64,000 nucleotides of DNA from Planctomyces sp. (GTDB lineage: Bacteria > Planctomycetota > Planctomycetia > Planctomycetales > Planctomycetaceae), in assembly GCA_016795105.1 (NCBI GenBank), contig JAEUIH010000032.1, positions 1 to 64,000 on the forward strand, given 5' to 3'. A model generated the notes under the pieces. That model saw only the letters and a list, made by a program, of their open reading frames with translations. It searched no databases and was not told the DNA's origin. Shown one piece after another: positions 9,984 through 20,056 of this stretch (the first letter of the stretch is position 1; each line of letters opens with the position of its first letter). Position numbers and translations under genes: made by a program.

Positions 9984-10173
9984 CCATGGAATAGAACTCC
10001 TCCGTTATGATACCGTCGGGAAACCCTCCGACTTGGAAAGTGGACAGGACTATGCAATGATGTCCACCCTGCCTGCAAGCAATTCTGATTTGGTTTTCCG
10101 GACTTACCCCGACCATTGACGTCGCGTCTCCTCTTCACACAGATCATCTCTTATCTTCACTCAGGATGTTTCC

Positions 10174-13100
10174 ATGCCATCTCACCTGAGCTTTGCTCGT
10201 ACCGTATTCCTGAGTCTCTCGCTGGCTGCGGGTTTGACCAGTTCCCAGTTCGCTCATGCCGCTGATAAGACTCTTGACGTCTTTGAACGCCAGATGCTGA
10301 CTGATGTGTATTTTTCCGAGGGTGCAGGAGCCGGCGACATCAACGGGGATGGTAACCCGGATGTGGTCTATGGGCCTCACTGGTACGCAGGTCCGGACTT
10401 CACAAAGAAGAATGAAATCTTCCCCGCCGTACCACAGCCTCGGGAGCGATATGCTGACCACTTCTTTAGCTGGGTTCATGACTTCGATGGAGACGGTCAC
10501 CGAGACGTTCTGACTGCCGGATTTCCTGGAACACCAGGATTCGTATATCGCAACCCCGGCCCGGATCAATTGGATACTCTCTGGGAAAAGATCGAGGTCG
10601 CAGATCAGGTCAGCAATGAAGCTCCGCAGTTCGCTGACATCACCGCGGACGGAGTTCCGGAACTCATTTGTACTCGAAACGGAAACTACGGCTACTATCT
10701 TCCGACAGCCGAGGGACCGCTGAAGCCATGGACGTTTATTTCGATTTCTGAGCCAACGGCTCCGACGCCATTCGGTCACGGTCTTGGAGTGGGCGATGTC
10801 AATGGAGATGGGCGCCCCGACATGCTGGCTCGTGAAGGCTGGTTTGAACAGCCCGAAGTAGTGAAGTCTGGTGAGAACTGGAAGTTCCATGCGTTTGAAT
10901 TCGCTCGCGCATCAGCCGATATGTTTGCATACGACGTAGACGGCGACGGCGATCAGGACATCATCACGAGCCTGAGTGCCCATGACTTCGGGCTTGCCTG
11001 GTTCGAAAACACAGGGAAGAACGATGCGGGCGAAATCGAGTTCACTCGCCACCTGTTGATGGGTGACAAAGTTGAAGACAGCCCATATGGACTGCTGTTT
11101 ACAGAGCTGCACGCGGTTCAGCTTGCAGATGTGAATGGCGACGGTCTTCTGGACATCATCACCGGAAAGACTTACTGGTCTCATCACACTCAAAGCCCAA
11201 TGTGGGATGCCGGCGCCGTGGTTTACTGGTTTGAACTTCGTCGAACGATCACGGACGAAGGAGATTCGAAGTCCGTCGAAGTGGACTTTGTTCCGCATCT
11301 CGCAGATGGTGAAGCGGGAATTGGTCGCGGACTTGCCGTGGCGGACATCAACAACGATGGACTGGTTGACATCATCACCGGCGGAATGAAGGGCGGACAC
11401 GTCCTCACGCATGTTCGCAAAACTGTCAGCGACGCGGAGTGGGAAGAAGCTCAGCCTCGCAAGCAGGTAGCGATGGCCGAAGGACTGGAACCCGTCGCAG
11501 CTGCGGCCAACATGACAGTTCCTCCGGGATTCAAAGTTCAGCTTGCTGCTGGTGAACCAATGGTCCATCAGCCTGTCGCCATGTGTTTTGACCACAAGGG
11601 TCGACTTTGGGTTGCAGAGGCTCATACTTACCCTTTGCGAGCTGTCGAGGGAGAGGGTAAAGACAAGATCGTGATCTTTGAAGATCAGGATCATGACGGC
11701 ACCTTCGATCATTCGAAGGTGTTTATCGAGGGATTGAATCTCGTCAGCGGACTCGAAGTCGGATTTGGTGGCGTCTATGTCGGAGCAGCCCCTTATCTGA
11801 TGTTCATCCCGGATCGAGATGGCGATGATAAACCAGATGCGCCGGTCCCGGGTTCTGCAAAAACAACAGCGATCGGACTGCAGTTTCCCGGAGATGTTCC
11901 TCCAGGTGCCGTTGTCCTTCGTGATGGTTTCGGATGGCAGGACACCCATGAAACGCTCAACGCATTCATCTGGGGACCCGACGGATGGCTTTATGGCTGC
12001 CATGGAGTCTTTACTCACTCCAAAGTTGGAAAGCCTGGTGCCGCGGATGATCAGCGTATTCCCGTGAATGCATCCGTCTGGCGATATCATCCGGTGCGGG
12101 ATGAATTTGAGACCTTTATGAATGGCACCAGCAATCCATGGGGAGTTGACTTTAATGATCGCGGCCAGGCGTTTATTACAGCCTGTGTGATTCCTCATCT
12201 CTGGCACGTCATTCAGGGGGGGCGGTACCATCGACAGGGTGGCCAGCATTTCAATGCCTATACTTATGAAGACATCAAAACGATCGCGGACCATGCTCAC
12301 TATGTCGGCGACATCCGGGACCATGCGTGGTGGGGGCATGAACCGCGAGCAGCCGGAGGAACTTCAGAGGCCGGCGGCGGACATGCTCACTGCGGAGCGA
12401 TGATCTATCTCGGCGACAACTGGCCTGACCAGTATCGCAATCAAATCTTCTTCAACAACGTCCACGGAAATCGTGTTAACTGCGACATTCTTGAGCCTGT
12501 TGAAGGAACGTCGGCATTTGTTGGTCATCACGGGAAAGACCTGCTGATGGCGAACGATCACTATTTCCGCGGGATCAATCTGCGATATGGGCCTGACGGG
12601 ACCGTGTATCTGATTGACTGGTATGACAAAAACGCCTGCCACCGTACGAACCCGGAAATCTGGGATCGAACCAGTGGCCGAATTTATCGAATCTCTTACG
12701 GAGATGTGAAAACAACATCTGTCGATCTTTCAACATGGACCGATGCACAACTGGTCGCAGCACACGACCACAGGAACGAATGGTACGTCCGAACGGCTCG
12801 ACGAATTCTGATGGATCGAGGAACATCGCCCGAACTTCTGAAGTCGCTGGCCGATGCTGTCACAGATCATTCGCGGCCCGTTGAACTACGACTCCGTTAC
12901 CTCTGGACGCTGCACGCTGTCGGGGGGCTTACGGATTCGATGTCTGAGAAGCTGTTGAGTGACGACCAGGAATACATTCGCGCGTGGACTGTTCAGCTGA
13001 CAACGGAAGACTCCCATGTATCACCATCAATGTTGTCGCAGTTCGTGAAGCGAGCAGCCGCTGACTCTTCTGCGGTCGTTCGCCTGTATCTCACTTCAGC

Positions 13101-14928
13101 CATTCAGCGTCTGCCCCTGTCACAGCGATGGGCGCTCGTGGAAGCACTGGCTGCTCGTGCAGAAGATGCAGAAGATCACAACATCCCGCTGATCCTTTGG
13201 TACGGCGCGGAACCGCTGGTTCCTGCCGACACAGCACGCGCAATGAAGCTTGCAGAATCAACAAAAATCCCGAGCCTCAGAAGATTCCTGATCCGTCGAG
13301 CTGCTGCCGGAAACGAGACCATCGCTCCCGTGATTGAATTGCTCGGACAGGTTCAGGGGGCAGAGAATCAGGAACTCATCCTCGATGAGATGCTGAGATC
13401 CTTCGAAGGTCGCGTTGGAATCCCAATGCCTGCTGCATGGAAATCCACTTACGAAACACTCATGAAGAGTGAGTCTCAGGCAATCCGTGACAAATCGGAC
13501 CAAATTGCCATTCTGCTGGGTGATCAGCGAGTCTTTCCACGAATGAGGGCATTGCTTGCAGATGCTTCACAAAAGCCGGAACGACGACGCCAGGCACTGG
13601 ACGTTCTTGTGCGAGGACAGGACAAGGGCGCCGTGAGCGCACTCCTGTCACCTGGAGTGCTCACAGATGCTCAGCTGCAGGCACCGGCGATTCGAGCACT
13701 CGTGACACTGGGCGATGATTCGGTACCAGCCGCGCTGATGGCGCAGTACGCCCAGATAGCACCTGAGTCAAAACAGGATGTTGTCAGTACGCTCGTTTCT
13801 CGTCCCGCATGGACGCGAATCCTGCTGAATGAAATCGGGGCAGGTAAAGTCCCATCGGCCGACCTTCACGCTTACCACGTTCGACAGATCGTCTCTTTCA
13901 ACAATACCGAGCTCAATGAACTCCTGAAGAAGCACTGGGGTGAAGTTCGTGAATCCAGTCAGGATCGACAGTCGCAGATCAAAGACTGGAAAAACATTCT
14001 GAAGCCCAAAGTTGTTGCTGCCGGACACGCCGGAAATGGCCGACGAGTCTTCTCGAAGACCTGCCAAAATTGTCACCGGTTGTTTGGTACGGGTGGCGAG
14101 ATTGGGCCGGATATTACCGGTTCAAACCGAGCAAACCTTGACTATATCCTTGAGAACATACTCGACCCGAGCGCAGTTGTGGGGCGTGACTATCAGATGA
14201 CAGTTCTCGCTTTGACGGATGGTCGTGTTGTGAACGGACTCCTGAAACAGGAAACCGACAGTGCCATCACGATTCAGACGATCAATGACCGACTCGTCAT
14301 TGCCAAATCCGACATTGAAGAACGTGCACTCTCCAATGTTTCCATGATGCCTGAACGACAGCTCGACTCGCTTTCAAAAGACGACGTTCGGGACCTCGTC
14401 GCTTATCTCAGCAGCCCCACTCAGGTTGCTATGGCTGGACCACCATCACCAATTGACGCCTCAGGCAAAGTCCCCGACGCTCTTGAAGGCGAGACTCTGA
14501 AGATCGTCGAAAAGACGGGGGGAACAGCCGCAAGCCAGCAGATGGGCGGCTTCCCGAAAGACCGCTGGAGCGGAAACGATCATCTATGGTGGACTGGTGC
14601 CAAACCGGGTGATCGTCTGGGACTGGAGATTCCTGTTCCGGCCGACGGACGATACACAGTAGAACTGGTCCTTACGAAAGCTCGTGACTACGGTCAGCTC
14701 AAAGTCTCCATCGGAGAACAAATCCTGGAGACTTCTGTGGACTGTTTCAATAACCCGGACGTTGTCACGACCGGTGTACTGTCGTATTCCGGCGTCAGCC
14801 TGAAACAGGGAGAAACTCCACTTACTCTCGAGATTACCGGCGCTCACCCGGAAGCTGTCAAGGCATATATGGTGGGTGTTGACTTTGTGCGGCTTGTTCC
14901 GGAAGCAGCTGAGGCATCCGTGAAATAG
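10174..14928 (+). CDS. Giant multidomain secreted protein: FG-GAP/VCBS-like repeats, membrane-bound dehydrogenase-like beta-propeller domain, HEAT repeats and a C-terminal cytochrome c (CxxCH) domain (PVC-type heme-binding protein)
   Basis: Signal peptide followed by repeated DINGDGNPD/DVNGDGRPD/DVNGDGLLD/DINNDGLVD FG-GAP-like motifs. The segment PVAMCFDHKGRLWVAEAHTYP is typical of the planctomycete 'membrane-bound dehydrogenase' domain. The middle of the protein is HEAT-like alpha-helical, and the C-terminal part carries CQNCHRLFGTGGEIGPDITG, a CxxCH heme-binding motif. Confidence 0.8.
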   Translation: MPSHLSFARTVFLSLSLAAGLTSSQFAHAADKTLDVFERQMLTDVYFSEGAGAGDINGDGNPDVVYGPHWYAGPDFTKKNEIFPAVPQPRERYADHFFSWVHDFDGDGHRDVLTAGFPGTPGFVYRNPGPDQLDTLWEKIEVADQVSNEAPQFADITADGVPELICTRNGNYGYYLPTAEGPLKPWTFISISEPTAPTPFGHGLGVGDVNGDGRPDMLAREGWFEQPEVVKSGENWKFHAFEFARASADMFAYDVDGDGDQDIITSLSAHDFGLAWFENTGKNDAGEIEFTRHLLMGDKVEDSPYGLLFTELHAVQLADVNGDGLLDIITGKTYWSHHTQSPMWDAGAVVYWFELRRTITDEGDSKSVEVDFVPHLADGEAGIGRGLAVADINNDGLVDIITGGMKGGHVLTHVRKTVSDAEWEEAQPRKQVAMAEGLEPVAAAANMTVPPGFKVQLAAGEPMVHQPVAMCFDHKGRLWVAEAHTYPLRAVEGEGKDKIVIFEDQDHDGTFDHSKVFIEGLNLVSGLEVGFGGVYVGAAPYLMFIPDRDGDDKPDAPVPGSAKTTAIGLQFPGDVPPGAVVLRDGFGWQDTHETLNAFIWGPDGWLYGCHGVFTHSKVGKPGAADDQRIPVNASVWRYHPVRDEFETFMNGTSNPWGVDFNDRGQAFITACVIPHLWHVIQGGRYHRQGGQHFNAYTYEDIKTIADHAHYVGDIRDHAWWGHEPRAAGGTSEAGGGHAHCGAMIYLGDNWPDQYRNQIFFNNVHGNRVNCDILEPVEGTSAFVGHHGKDLLMANDHYFRGINLRYGPDGTVYLIDWYDKNACHRTNPEIWDRTSGRIYRISYGDVKTTSVDLSTWTDAQLVAAHDHRNEWYVRTARRILMDRGTSPELLKSLADAVTDHSRPVELRLRYLWTLHAVGGLTDSMSEKLLSDDQEYIRAWTVQLTTEDSHVSPSMLSQFVKRAAADSSAVVRLYLTSAIQRLPLSQRWALVEALAARAEDAEDHNIPLILWYGAEPLVPADTARAMKLAESTKIPSLRRFLIRRAAAGNETIAPVIELLGQVQGAENQELILDEMLRSFEGRVGIPMPAAWKSTYETLMKSESQAIRDKSDQIAILLGDQRVFPRMRALLADASQKPERRRQALDVLVRGQDKGAVSALLSPGVLTDAQLQAPAIRALVTLGDDSVPAALMAQYAQIAPESKQDVVSTLVSRPAWTRILLNEIGAGKVPSADLHAYHVRQIVSFNNTELNELLKKHWGEVRESSQDRQSQIKDWKNILKPKVVAAGHAGNGRRVFSKTCQNCHRLFGTGGEIGPDITGSNRANLDYILENILDPSAVVGRDYQMTVLALTDGRVVNGLLKQETDSAITIQTINDRLVIAKSDIEERALSNVSMMPERQLDSLSKDDVRDLVAYLSSPTQVAMAGPPSPIDASGKVPDALEGETLKIVEKTGGTAASQQMGGFPKDRWSGNDHLWWTGAKPGDRLGLEIPVPADGRYTVELVLTKARDYGQLKVSIGEQILETSVDCFNNPDVVTTGVLSYSGVSLKQGETPLTLEITGAHPEAVKAYMVGVDFVRLVPEAAEASVK

Positions 14929-14944
14929 ATTTTCGGAGACTTCC

Positions 14945-16033
14945 ATGAAGTATTCGAGCGTGTTTTCGTTTTTGGTCGCTGCGCACATGTTTGCTGCACT
15001 CATGTTCGTTCCAGCGAGCATGAGTGGCTGTGCTTCTGTTTACGCCGAGGAACCAGCTGTCCGAGTCAGCAATATTCGGCGAGTCTTTCATAATGGTGAG
15101 CACAACGCTTTTACGGATCTGATCACTTTCCGTGGACAATACTATCTCACGTTCCGAAGCTGCCCCGACGGACACATGGTGCACCCCACGGCATCTGTAA
15201 TCGTATTGTCGAGTAGTGACCTGCAAACGTGGGAGCAGGTATTTCGCTTTCAGGTACCTCTTCGCGATACCCGCGACCCTCACTTCCTGGTATTTCGTGA
15301 TCGGTTGTTTGTATATACAGGCACGTGGTTCAGTGGTAAGACCACGATTCCCGTAGCCGAATACGACATGAACAAACATCTGGGGTTTGGAGTCTGGACG
15401 GATGATGGTTCCGAGTGGCACGGCCCGCTCATGCTTGAAGGCACCTTCGGGCACTACATCTGGCGTGCAGCCAGTTTTGGTGACAAGGCATACCTCTGTG
15501 GACGTCGCAAAATCCACTTTGAAGAAGGCCTTCGAGGTGAACCTCTTGAAGTGGAATCTGTCATGCTCGAAAGTGATGACGGATTGATCTGGAAGAAGAA
15601 ATCAGTCTTTCAGGAAATCGATGGCGATGAAACCGCTTTCCTCTTCGAACCCGATGGAAGCGTGCTGGCAATCGGAAGACGTGGACGTGGCACTGCCCAA
15701 TTGCTGCGGTCAAGCTCCCCATGGAACGAATGGAACCGCATCAATCTGGATCGCAGTGTTGGAGGCCCCCTGGTCATCCACTGGGGAGACAGAATCGTTG
15801 TCGGCGGACGCAAAACAACAGAAGCGACTGGCCCTAAGACAACACTTTCCTGGCTCAGCGGCGATTCCCTCAAAGAGTTCGCTGAACTCCCGAGCGGCGG
15901 CGATAACTCGTATCCGGGCTTCATTCCGCTGTCCGACACGAAGGCAGTCGTTTCCTGGTATTCAAGCCACGAAACTGACGATGCCGGAAAACCAGTCACG
16001 GCCATCTACATGGCAGATCTGGAAAAGCAGTAG
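14945..16033 (+). CDS. Secreted BNR/sialidase-like beta-propeller protein (exo-alpha-sialidase / glycosyl hydrolase-like)
   Basis: Signal peptide, then repeated S-x-D-G-x-x-W-like motifs (SSSDLQTWE, TDDGSEWH, SDDGLIWK) typical of BNR repeats. GGAGA Shine-Dalgarno sits 5 nt upstream of the ATG. Confidence 0.6.
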   Translation: MKYSSVFSFLVAAHMFAALMFVPASMSGCASVYAEEPAVRVSNIRRVFHNGEHNAFTDLITFRGQYYLTFRSCPDGHMVHPTASVIVLSSSDLQTWEQVFRFQVPLRDTRDPHFLVFRDRLFVYTGTWFSGKTTIPVAEYDMNKHLGFGVWTDDGSEWHGPLMLEGTFGHYIWRAASFGDKAYLCGRRKIHFEEGLRGEPLEVESVMLESDDGLIWKKKSVFQEIDGDETAFLFEPDGSVLAIGRRGRGTAQLLRSSSPWNEWNRINLDRSVGGPLVIHWGDRIVVGGRKTTEATGPKTTLSWLSGDSLKEFAELPSGGDNSYPGFIPLSDTKAVVSWYSSHETDDAGKPVTAIYMADLEKQ

Positions 16034-16074
16034 ACGTCTGGAAGGTCTCACGGATTTGTGCCCGCCCGGAAACA

Positions 16075-17697
16075 TCAGAAATCAATCTGAGCTCGCAAGC
16101 CAAACATATCCGTGTGGCTCTCTGGAAACGCCGGGGTATCGGAAACGGCATGCACGTAGTTGAAGACCATCTTTGTGTACGGATTCCAGTACCAGTTCAG
16201 TCCGGCTGTGTAGTCTGTAATCGTACCGCCGGCAACAACGCTGTCATTCAGATCAAGCCACGACCAACGCGCCGCGACTTCCCATGCACCAAATCCCGGA
16301 TTGCAGTTCGTCCCGCCAAAGCACAGATTCGTCTTCGGCATGACTCGGTCAATGGCTCCCGTCTTTCGATCGTATGGCCGATGTTCGCCCGTCAGGAAGT
16401 AACCAGCCTGCGCGTAAGCACCTGGTAAAACTGCAGTATCAGCGCCGCTCACATTGACAAAGTTTACCATTGCCTCCGACTGAAGACTGAAAGGTCCATT
16501 CACCCATAACAGTTCGGAGCCAAGCACATTGTACGCCGGAACAGTCAGATTTCCTGTTGAAACGAAAAACGGAGTTCCGTTTGATCCTCCGGGCACAGCC
16601 TGTCCGCTCGTTCCAACAGCACCAGGTCCATTGGCCCCAATGAAGAATTCGGGAATGGTTCGGAAGTTGATCGTGTCCGAGGGCGGAGAATTGAAAAAGT
16701 GACCAGCCCCCAGATGCAGATACTCTGTTCCATTACACTCCCAAAGTGGCAGAAACGTCAATCGCTCCGAAGTTCCCCATCCGCCATCTGTGCTGAGCGA
16801 CCCCCCAAACTGATCTTGTCCCGTCCGAAACACGGACGCAGCCCAGGTCATATCGAGCGACTCCGAAGCATCGTAGAATCCTGCACCGATGTGACGAAAC
16901 GGAGTGAATGGCTGGAACAGAAGAGAACGCTCCATAAATGTCGTGTAACGAAAGCTGCTGACGACCTCCAGACTAAAGGGCTGTTTCCATTGTCCAATCC
17001 TCACATTCCCCAGCAGTGGAACCTGAGTTTGTTCCAGCCAGACATCTGTGAATGTCGGACGACCAAAGAACCCAAAATCCATCTGGAAAAAGTAGTTCGT
17101 TGTCTCTGTCACGCTTCCCTTTGCGGAAAGTCGAGCGCGTCTGAAGTCAGCACCATCCTGTATGTTACCGTATTCCGCTTTGCTGATGTCATCCTGGGTA
17201 ATCCAGCCGGCATCCGCCTGAAACACACCATTCACGGTCAACGTCGGATACGTTTTTTTACTGGCCTTTTCCGTAAGAGATTTCACAGTCTTATCGAGTT
17301 CCGCGATTCTCTGATCCTGCAGGCTGTCTGTTTCTGAGAGATCGTCCGCGAACGCTTTGCCGCCCGTTGACTCAGCATCAACTGTCGCGGGATGAGGTTC
17401 GTCGGCGATACGAAGTGAACGAGGTTCTTCGAGTAGGGACGCGGAACCAACAGGCGGAAAGACCTCAGACTCGGAAGCTCCTGAGGGCTCCCTTCCTTCG
17501 AGATCTTCGACTCTGTTCTTTAACTGCTTGTTATCCTGTTCGAGCTGCTCAATTCTCTGGAGCAGCGTCCTGAACACTTCATCCTTGTCTTCCGCTCTGA
17601 CATCGCGGTGATACGGAACAAACAGTGTTAACAGGATCAGAGTTACAAAACACCGAGAACCAGCAATATGCGTGTGTGTTTTTCGTCGTGACAACAT
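16075..17697 (-). CDS. Outer-membrane beta-barrel porin-like protein (OprO/P-like) with an N-terminal coiled-coil
   Basis: Signal peptide (MLSRRKTHTHIAGSRCFVTLILLTLFV), then a coiled-coil (LLQRIEQLEQDNKQLKNRVEDLEG), then alternating amphipathic beta-strands ending ...FGLRAQIDF (C-terminal Phe). The longer ORF extends to 17907. Confidence 0.6.
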   Translation of the reverse strand: MLSRRKTHTHIAGSRCFVTLILLTLFVPYHRDVRAEDKDEVFRTLLQRIEQLEQDNKQLKNRVEDLEGREPSGASESEVFPPVGSASLLEEPRSLRIADEPHPATVDAESTGGKAFADDLSETDSLQDQRIAELDKTVKSLTEKASKKTYPTLTVNGVFQADAGWITQDDISKAEYGNIQDGADFRRARLSAKGSVTETTNYFFQMDFGFFGRPTFTDVWLEQTQVPLLGNVRIGQWKQPFSLEVVSSFRYTTFMERSLLFQPFTPFRHIGAGFYDASESLDMTWAASVFRTGQDQFGGSLSTDGGWGTSERLTFLPLWECNGTEYLHLGAGHFFNSPPSDTINFRTIPEFFIGANGPGAVGTSGQAVPGGSNGTPFFVSTGNLTVPAYNVLGSELLWVNGPFSLQSEAMVNFVNVSGADTAVLPGAYAQAGYFLTGEHRPYDRKTGAIDRVMPKTNLCFGGTNCNPGFGAWEVAARWSWLDLNDSVVAGGTITDYTAGLNWYWNPYTKMVFNYVHAVSDTPAFPESHTDMFGLRAQIDF

Positions 17698-18015
17698 AGC
17701 GTGTGCTCTCAGCAAGTCAGCGCGGCCTTCTGCCGCACCCATTATTTCGGCACACCTTTTCGCACGAACACAACGGAAGAACGGGAATCTCAACTGACTG
17801 CGAACCCGGTAGGACTCACCCATCCTGACATTCTGTTGGGAAACCGATTCCCGTCTCTGAACTCCGGCGAGATTTGCTGAAGTACACAAACATTGTCTAA
17901 ACGGCACCCGTTCAGGAGACTCGAAAAACGGTTACAGCAGACTAAGATCCTGGTGTCGTCCGAAATGCTCATTCCGCTCAAAGGATGACTCCGGAAAACC
18001 CATGGGAGAAACTGT

Positions 18016-18576
18016 GTGTCACAGCGAAACGAAGCTAAGTGGAGGTCTACAACCGTTCTGGCGGTTCGGCATGGTGGTCGCGTCGCCGTTGGCGCGGACG
18101 GGCAGGTGACATATGGCACGACAATCATGAAATCGGATACTCGAAAATTACGACGAATGCTTGATGGTCGCGTCATCGTCGGATTTGCGGGCTCTACGGC
18201 TGACGCCTTTGCATTGCTGGAGCGGTTTGAACAAAAAGCAAAGGATTACCCCGGAAACATTGCTCGGGCTGCGACTGAACTTGCACGGGACTGGAGACTT
18301 GACCGAGCCCTCAGACGACTTGAGGCGATGATGATTGTTGCTGACGCAGACATTACATTGTTGCTGAGCGGAACCGGAGATGTTGTTCAACCCTCAGATG
18401 GAATTGTGGGAATTGGCTCAGGTGGTCCTTACGCGATCGCCGCCGCCCGAGGGCTCATCAAACACTCGCAACTGACAGCCACAGAAATCGTCAAAGAATC
18501 GCTGAGCATCGCTGCCGACATCGATATTTATACGAATCACAACATTGTGCTTGAGGAAATCACGTGTCCGATCTAA
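18016..18576 (+). CDS. hslV: ATP-dependent protease subunit HslV
   Basis: STTVLAVRHGGRVAVGADGQVTYGTTIMKSDTRKLRR...GFAGSTADAFALLERFE aligns with HslV across its length. The start codon is GTG, with a GGGAGA Shine-Dalgarno 6 nt upstream. Confidence 0.9.
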   Translation: MSQRNEAKWRSTTVLAVRHGGRVAVGADGQVTYGTTIMKSDTRKLRRMLDGRVIVGFAGSTADAFALLERFEQKAKDYPGNIARAATELARDWRLDRALRRLEAMMIVADADITLLLSGTGDVVQPSDGIVGIGSGGPYAIAAARGLIKHSQLTATEIVKESLSIAADIDIYTNHNIVLEEITCPI

Positions 18577-19919
18577 CCCCTGGGCAGGTTGTTGAACAAC
18601 TGGATCAGCACATCATCGGTCAAAATGCGGCCAAGCGAGCCGTCGCAATTGCACTTCGAAACCGCTGGCGATGGCAGAATTTGTCGGAGGAAATGCGAAA
18701 AGAGGTAACTCCTCGCAATATCCTGATGATCGGTCCAACCGGCGTTGGCAAGACAGAGATTACTCGGCGACTCGCCACACTGACTGGTGCCCCGTTTATC
18801 AAAGTTGAGGCGACGAAGTACACCGAAGTTGGTTACTACGGTCGCGATGTGGAAAGCATGATTCGCGATCTCGTGGAAGCCGCCATTGGCATGGTGAAAG
18901 CTCGCAGACGTAAAGAGATTGAAGAGCAGGCGCGTTCTCGGACAGAAGATCGGCTTGTGAGAATGCTGGTTCCTCTGGAAGAGAGAGAAGGAACCACTGC
19001 GGACGCTGACGAAAGTACTGAGAATCGAAAGAGCAGACACGAAAGGACTCTCGCAAAATTCAGGGATATGCTTCGCGAAGGAAAGCTCGAAGACAAACTC
19101 GTCGAACTCTCTGTCGAGCAACGACGAAAGCCCGTGCAGGTCTTCACGAACATGGGGCTCGAGCAGATGGACATGGACCTTCAGGGAATGATTGAAAAGA
19201 TGGTCCCAAGGCCTTCAAGTCCGAAACGCGTTCCAGTCAAAGAAGCACGGAAGCTGATGCTTGAAGAAGAGCTCGAAAACATGCTCGACAAAGACAGCAT
19301 TCACGAAGAGGCCGTGCATCTGAGTGAAACACGGGGCATCATTTTCATTGATGAAATCGACAAGATCTGCAGCGCTGCAGAAGGTGCTAAATCGGCTGAC
19401 GTTTCTCGTCAGGGAGTGCAGCGGGATCTGCTTCCAATCGTCGAAGGCACAACGGTCAATACTCGCTACGGTCAGGTCTCCACCGAAAAGATCATGTTTA
19501 TCGCTGCGGGTGCTTTTCACCGCTCAAGACCTTCAGACCTGATGCCTGAACTTCAGGGCCGATTTCCTATTCGTGTCGAGCTGCAGGACCTTGTTCGAGA
19601 CGACTTTGTTCGCATTCTCACGGAACCCGCCGGCTCACTGACTCGCCAATATACAGAGCTGCTTGCTGTCGATGGCATCACGCTCGACTTTCGAGAAGAT
19701 GGCATTCAGTCACTTGCCGATGTAGCGTTCCACGTTAACCAAACAACTCAGAACATCGGGGCACGCCGACTTCAGACAATCATGGAACGGCTGCTTGAAG
19801 AACTCAGCTTCGAAGCGCCGGACTGCGGTCCTCGACATGTCATCATCGACGCAGCTTTCGTCCATCAAAGACTCGATGGAATTCGACAGAATGAGGACCT
19901 CAGCCGATTTGTGCTGTAA
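18564..19919 (+). CDS. hslU: ATP-dependent protease ATPase subunit HslU
   Basis: The N-terminus MSDLTPGQVVEQLDQHIIGQNAAKRAVAIALRNRWR and the Walker A motif GPTGVGKTEI match HslU. The GTG start overlaps hslV by 13 nt. Confidence 0.9.
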   Translation: MSDLTPGQVVEQLDQHIIGQNAAKRAVAIALRNRWRWQNLSEEMRKEVTPRNILMIGPTGVGKTEITRRLATLTGAPFIKVEATKYTEVGYYGRDVESMIRDLVEAAIGMVKARRRKEIEEQARSRTEDRLVRMLVPLEEREGTTADADESTENRKSRHERTLAKFRDMLREGKLEDKLVELSVEQRRKPVQVFTNMGLEQMDMDLQGMIEKMVPRPSSPKRVPVKEARKLMLEEELENMLDKDSIHEEAVHLSETRGIIFIDEIDKICSAAEGAKSADVSRQGVQRDLLPIVEGTTVNTRYGQVSTEKIMFIAAGAFHRSRPSDLMPELQGRFPIRVELQDLVRDDFVRILTEPAGSLTRQYTELLAVDGITLDFREDGIQSLADVAFHVNQTTQNIGARRLQTIMERLLEELSFEAPDCGPRHVIIDAAFVHQRLDGIRQNEDLSRFVL

Positions 19920-19994
19920 TCAGCTCAACTTATCAAGGCCCCCTGACGAATCACTTTACCAACTCAGGTTCTGCATGCCCTACAAACGCAACAG

Positions 19995-20025
19995 GCACAT
20001 CTTCTGATCACCAAAAGATGTGCCT
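19995..20025. terminator. Bidirectional intrinsic terminator hairpin between the convergent hslU and Gfo/Idh/MocA genes
   Basis: A perfect 10-bp inverted repeat, GGCACATCTT...AAGATGTGCC, encloses a 10-11 nt loop and is followed by TTGTT. Confidence 0.5.
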
Positions 20026-20056
20026 TGTTGAACGCTTCAGGCTGGTTTTGTCAGCA

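Noticed and set aside
10912-12339. 475-aa antisense ORF inside the giant heme-binding protein gene (and similar long antisense ORFs at 20465..21157, 44160..45077, 57080..57658 and 46984..47661)
   Set aside because: Each lies opposite a sense ORF with clear conserved-domain content. High GC content generates long spurious antisense frames.
17698-17907. N-terminal 70 aa of the porin-like ORF (MPFRQCLCTS...)
   Set aside because: This segment is Cys/Arg-rich and is not a signal peptide. The ATG at 17697 yields a canonical signal peptide.
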